A DNA stretch of 56,957 nt from a bacterium. Its GTDB lineage: Bacteria; Hinthialibacterota; Hinthialibacteria; Hinthialibacterales; JAKPRU01. Below the pieces are notes generated by a model. The model ran no database searches. It had not been told where the DNA came from and saw nothing but the letters and a program-made list of their open reading frames with translations. The stretch spans positions 1 to 56,957 of the forward strand of contig DAOMHQ010000003.1 in NCBI GenBank assembly GCA_035430965.1, written 5' to 3'. Both the position numbers and the translations under genes were made by a program. Within the stretch, counting starts at the first letter, position 1, and every line of letters starts with the position of its first letter. Of the stretch, positions 52,865 to 56,957 are shown piece by piece.

Positions 52865-55800
52865 TTACGGTTCGAATTGGGCCGCCTGTTCGAAGAAATC
52901 TTTCTCAATGCGGTAAAAATCCGCATCCGAGGCCGGTTCATCCATCCACGCAGGTTTCTTCTTCTCAACGGACAACGCAAGAGACCGAAATCCCATCGCC
53001 AGATATCGAGCAACATCTCCCGGCTCCAGACCGTCCCATCCCCAGTAGTCGTAGACAATTGCGCTGGAGTCCTGCGATCCCGAAGGACCGCCTGTGCCCG
53101 TTGAACCCTTCTGACCCCGACCGGTTCCTGATTGCCCGCTCGATTGCGAGCGCTCTCCCGCCCGCGAACCGGATTGTCTTGCCGACTGGTACGTTTCCTG
53201 GGCCTTCTTGAGTGTGTCAAGCATTGCATTCCGTTCGCCCGGATTGGTTGCTCGATCCAACGCATCCGCTAATTCCACCAGCCGGTCCGCCTGCTTCTGA
53301 TACTCCACACTGGCGGCGTTCTTTCCGCCTGCCCCGGTGAGAGTATCCTTTGCCTGGGCCAGTTCTTTCAGCGATCCATCCAGCGCTTCCCGGGATCGGC
53401 TATATTTCCTGCCATCCTGGCCTGCCTGATAATAGATATCTGACACTTCCTCCATGAACGTTTTCATAAGGCCGCCCGCACGGCTTAACGACTCCCCGGC
53501 ATTCCTGCACGACGATCCCAGATCCTGCGAAGCCTTCGGCTCCATTCGCGACTCCACCTGGCGAAGATCACCGGTCAATTCCTGTAGACGCTCCTGGATT
53601 TCCTTTTCTTTTGCCTGGATCATTTTCAGGCGATCCTGCTGATTCGCGAGTCCGCCAAGCACCTGTCCCGGCGGCGATGGTCTCCCGTCTACTCCTATCG
53701 CGCCCTCGATGGTTCTGTACGAGGACCCGACCACACGTGTTGTTCCGCCCTCCCCCTGCCCCTGTCCCCGTCCCTCACCCTTACGGCTTCCGAGAACATC
53801 GTCCTCATCAGTCCATGTCTTTTCGTCCGTAGTCTTCTGCTTTGGCGGTTCTTTACCTGTCGCCTCTGCCAGAAAATAGTCGAATTTCCGCCGCACCGAT
53901 CTTTGCTCTGCCTGCAGCCGGTTGAGTTCATCCGTTAGGCGGTTCAGCTCTTCCTTTCCTTTTTCCACATCATATCGCGTCAAGTGAACGCTCTCCTCCA
54001 AAACAAGACGATCCGGTGTATTCGGAATTGCGCCCGGTGGACAGATCTTCTTGTCGACTTCAATCAGAATCTTGCGCAACGCCTGATACGCTTTGGTCTC
54101 CGGATCGGTGGCCTTTTTTGCATCGTAATCGGACAGCGCCTTATTCGTCTCGCCGAAATGCCAGAGTACTCCGTCCAAAAGGGCAATATCCTCTTTCGAG
54201 AACGGATATTTTGGGTCCTCACGGATCATTGCCACCTGGTCTCTCGTATACTCGACATCCGAACGGATTGAATCCATCCTCTTTCGGTTTCCCTCCGTCA
54301 CCTTCTCTTCGTTCGCTATGGCCCAGGTCTTCTTCAGTATGGCTCGCGTATATTCCAGCACGGCAGTTAGGTTGTCGTGCATACGGCCGGGATCTTTCGG
54401 TCCATTTGGCATGGCCGAGCACATCGCCGCTGCCCTGCTCGGATGCCACGTGCGCTGGTATGGCCTGATTTCAATCAGGTAGATATCCGATGTCGTTGTG
54501 GAAGGCTCGGCCTTGATCTCCGAAGGGAGATCGGTTACTCGTACGTAGTAGAGAATACTGTCACCGACATCCAGTGCAAAATTCTCCAGTTCAAGGGTAT
54601 ATGTACAAGTTGCATTCAGGACACCGCTTTCAATGGGAAAAGGAATGGTTACAGGTGGATTATAGGCAATCTCAAGAATCAACTCGCCGGATGCAAGCCC
54701 GAAATCATCTTCTGCGGCAAAGACAATCGGAATACTCGCGACATTGGTGGCAACATAATCTCCACCGGGCGATTGCAGCTCGATGGAGGGCGGCTGATCC
54801 TCTTTCAGGAGAATCTGCAAGCCCGGTTCCTTCTCGTTTACCATTTCCCGGTCACTCACCAGGCGAAATCGGAACAAGCCCTCCTCCTGTGCATCGAACT
54901 CAAAGACAAACGAAGAATCGGTTTGGAGATTGGCTTCCGAAGGGATACCTTGCGGATCGATCACACCCGCTTTTCGTAACGGCGTAGTCGTGTGGGCCGT
55001 AACCGCCACGTGCGCTCCCTTATAGGCCACCACTTTATGATTCTCAACGGCCTCCACGGTCGGATTTGCGCTCTTCTTGCCGAAGGGGATTTGCCGGACC
55101 TCCATGGACGCGATGTTCGGAAGAGGCGCTACCGCAACTTGATGCCACTCGGAAGCCGCTTCCCCGCTCTCAAATCGGTAGCGATAGTCGCCGGAAGAAA
55201 ATGAGTGTTCGGCTTTGAATTGCTGAGCGCCGTCCTTGTCACGGCTCGGATAAACAGGGAAGGTTCCGGTGTCATTCCCGGATTTCAATGCGGCTACAGC
55301 CGGAGATGCTTCAAGAATCAGGTCTCCGGTTTCCGGCACCTGACCCAGAATTTCCGCTGCGAATGTCACAGGCTGATCCGGCGGCGTAAGAATATCCTGT
55401 GTGATCGACCGCAACTCCGTCTCCGGCAAGGGCGCAATATCCGCCAGTGGCTGCGCTAAACGAGACACATATCGGTAGAAGAATCCAAAATTGTTCACCA
55501 GGAATACCGATGCACAAATCAGCCCCGCCAGAATGACCGCCGAGAATACGTATCCCTGCCATGTCGGGACGGTTCTTTTGAAATCGGCGCTCGCAGTGGC
55601 CTGATCCACCTGGGTGACAAGATACCGGGCAAGAGTCTTTGAGTACGGGTAATCGCTTTGCTGTTCATGATACTCAACAGCGGCTACCAATTGCTGCTGA
55701 AGAGGGATCTTATCTTCAATATAACCTGCAACACGGCTGCACGAGGCGTGTCGATAGACCGAACGCAACAGGCGAATAAACAGATAACCGACAGAGACGG

Positions 55801-56005
55801 CGAGCACAAGCAATGCCATAAGGCGGATCGCCGATGGGATATGCCACGTATGATCCAAATAAACATAAGCCGTCAGGTACAGAGCGATCCAGAGAAAGCA
55901 CAGCGCAAACGATTTCAGAAGCGCCAGCGCCATAAGCCGACTACGCACCGCCCTCACACGGGTCATCAAACGCTCGATCTTCTGTTCCGGGGTTTCTGGG
56001 ATCAT
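52865..56005 (-). CDS. Large membrane-anchored coiled-coil protein (DUF4175-like)
   Basis: It is about 1046 aa, with N-terminal TM hairpins (LALLKSFALCFLWIALYLTAYVYL, LMALLVLAVSVGYLFI). Long helical and low-complexity regions follow. The ATG at 56005 overlaps the upstream stop (ATGA). The family call is tentative. Confidence 0.5.
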   Translation of the reverse strand: MIPETPEQKIERLMTRVRAVRSRLMALALLKSFALCFLWIALYLTAYVYLDHTWHIPSAIRLMALLVLAVSVGYLFIRLLRSVYRHASCSRVAGYIEDKIPLQQQLVAAVEYHEQQSDYPYSKTLARYLVTQVDQATASADFKRTVPTWQGYVFSAVILAGLICASVFLVNNFGFFYRYVSRLAQPLADIAPLPETELRSITQDILTPPDQPVTFAAEILGQVPETGDLILEASPAVAALKSGNDTGTFPVYPSRDKDGAQQFKAEHSFSSGDYRYRFESGEAASEWHQVAVAPLPNIASMEVRQIPFGKKSANPTVEAVENHKVVAYKGAHVAVTAHTTTPLRKAGVIDPQGIPSEANLQTDSSFVFEFDAQEEGLFRFRLVSDREMVNEKEPGLQILLKEDQPPSIELQSPGGDYVATNVASIPIVFAAEDDFGLASGELILEIAYNPPVTIPFPIESGVLNATCTYTLELENFALDVGDSILYYVRVTDLPSEIKAEPSTTTSDIYLIEIRPYQRTWHPSRAAAMCSAMPNGPKDPGRMHDNLTAVLEYTRAILKKTWAIANEEKVTEGNRKRMDSIRSDVEYTRDQVAMIREDPKYPFSKEDIALLDGVLWHFGETNKALSDYDAKKATDPETKAYQALRKILIEVDKKICPPGAIPNTPDRLVLEESVHLTRYDVEKGKEELNRLTDELNRLQAEQRSVRRKFDYFLAEATGKEPPKQKTTDEKTWTDEDDVLGSRKGEGRGQGQGEGGTTRVVGSSYRTIEGAIGVDGRPSPPGQVLGGLANQQDRLKMIQAKEKEIQERLQELTGDLRQVESRMEPKASQDLGSSCRNAGESLSRAGGLMKTFMEEVSDIYYQAGQDGRKYSRSREALDGSLKELAQAKDTLTGAGGKNAASVEYQKQADRLVELADALDRATNPGERNAMLDTLKKAQETYQSARQSGSRAGERSQSSGQSGTGRGQKGSTGTGGPSGSQDSSAIVYDYWGWDGLEPGDVARYLAMGFRSLALSVEKKKPAWMDEPASDADFYRIEKDFFEQAAQFEP

Positions 56006-56957
56006 CGTTTTAGCCTGTTCGCAATGAAACATTCGAAAAAGATTAAGACGAGCAAGAGCCAGCCGATTTCATTCCACAGTGGATGATATTCCTGTCCGGC
56101 GGTGATAACTGCCTCGGCCACCGTCGGCTTGGATGTCCTTTGAAAAATCTGCTCCAACGTGTTCTCAAGAGCACTCGCGTCTGCCGCCGAAAGATCCGAT
56201 TCGTCACGTGGTGCATTCACCCCGGCGTAACGCGTCGGTTCAACTACAGTCCTCGTCCATCCGATCTCCAAGGGCGAAGAGGCGCGGATACCGAAATCGT
56301 CGCACGATGCCCCCAGGCGTTTCCCTGACGGAGTAATCAGCCAGGTATCGGTCTGCTGCTTCTTAGCGGCTCGTTCGGACGAAGAAAGCGGCAGGATAAT
56401 CGGCTCTCCACATGGGAATCCGAATGAACTCACTGCAACATTCCTGCCGAGAAGGTAACGGCTGAAAGCCGTCGCCGCGGGCGATTTGAACAGAGCACCG
56501 AGCGAATCATCCGCACTGGTATTGATCAGCAAAAGCGACCCGGAACCACGTTCCATGCTGTACAGAAATCCCGCGTCATTCTGCAGCCGCCATACACACA
56601 CGCCGTTGGAACTTGTCTCGCATTCATAATATCCGGTCAGTGGAAGTCGGTCGATTTTGTAGTTCTGAATGGATGGCAGTACAGATGCGTCCAGAAACCG
56701 GGGATGTCCCGAAAGCGGGATCTCCGGTTGCGGGGCAATGTGTGTAGCCTCCTGCTTAAGGGTCTTTGGCATCGCCGGAAGAAGACCTGAACGCCACAGA
56801 AGATCCAGTGTGTCCTTGGAGTAGTTCGCCGATACGAAATATCCGATTTTCCCTCCCTGGTCCACAAATGCCCCCAACCGCTTGGCAACATTCTGTACCA
56901 GGTTCAGCCATTCCGGAAATGATGTGAAGAGAACCGCGTGTGCCGTACTCAATACTG
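56002..56957 (-). CDS. BatA-family-like membrane protein, C-terminal part (5' partial)
   Basis: The ORF is open to the right window edge and has a C-terminal TM anchor (WLLLVLIFFECFIANRL). Context and layout fit the large BatA-domain proteins of these clusters, and the N-terminus lies outside the window. Confidence 0.45.
   Translation of the reverse strand, partial: VLSTAHAVLFTSFPEWLNLVQNVAKRLGAFVDQGGKIGYFVSANYSKDTLDLLWRSGLLPAMPKTLKQEATHIAPQPEIPLSGHPRFLDASVLPSIQNYKIDRLPLTGYYECETSSNGVCVWRLQNDAGFLYSMERGSGSLLLINTSADDSLGALFKSPAATAFSRYLLGRNVAVSSFGFPCGEPIILPLSSSERAAKKQQTDTWLITPSGKRLGASCDDFGIRASSPLEIGWTRTVVEPTRYAGVNAPRDESDLSAADASALENTLEQIFQRTSKPTVAEAVITAGQEYHPLWNEIGWLLLVLIFFECFIANRLKR

Noticed and set aside
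1-56957. A search for CRISPR arrays, tRNA/rRNA genes, transposases, integrases, prophage genes, toxin-antitoxin pairs or known defence-system signatures.
   Set aside because: No regularly spaced direct repeats were seen. No cloverleaf-like sequences were spotted in the intergenic gaps I read. No ORF carries transposase, integrase, nuclease-helicase or toxin-like motifs. The only repeats are short GC-rich palindromes scattered singly.

Overview
This is a 56,957-bp chromosomal window from a moderately GC-rich bacterium (GC judged by eye, not computed). The organism is probably diderm: the window has two GT9 heptosyltransferases, a YidC with a large periplasmic domain, and lipoprotein and Tat signal peptides. 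I cannot assign a lineage from sequence alone.

Most of the window is tightly packed housekeeping DNA. In order:
- A partial CgeB-like glycosyltransferase, an orphan periplasmic sugar-binding protein and a DUF457-like hydrolase.
- A long minus-strand operon: rsmD-coaD-rpmF-plsX-fabH-fabD-fabG-acpP-fabF.
- A type I-beta DAHP synthase.
- A glycan block: GT2, polyprenyl glycosylphosphotransferase and GT9.
- An FtsX-like / degenerate-LytM (EnvC-like) / S41 protease module, followed by tsaD and dusB.
- An orphan STAS protein and a TlpA-like thioredoxin.
- ruvC-ruvA, hpt, a TPR lipoprotein and an orphan coiled-coil protein.
- Rubredoxin with a BNR/sialidase-like protein.
- rpmH-rnpA-yidD-yidC-jag, a second S41 protease and ispH.
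- A roughly 22-kb all-minus-strand array: hybrid PAS histidine kinase, a very acidic protein of about 800 aa, a 4-TM protein, def, GT2, a THUMP-type methyltransferase, GT9, a secreted FN3/dockerin-like protein, and a Bat/MoxR-associated-type membrane cluster that runs off the right edge.

Three conserved genes fall below the ORF-track cutoff and were found by hand translation: rpmF, rubredoxin and rpmH.

I found no rRNA, tRNA, CRISPR array, transposase, integrase or recognisable defence or toxin system.

The items most worth a second look are:
- The uncharacterised acidic multidomain protein at 37.8-40.2 kb.
- The Bat-like cluster, which carries a caspase/C13-like protein that may be catalytically dead and has an EF-hand loop.
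- A long RGG/poly-Gly tail on Jag.
- An FtsX/EnvC-like module with no adjacent FtsE.
- Several families of GC-rich palindromic repeats confined to intergenic DNA.

None of these is demonstrably a new system from sequence alone.
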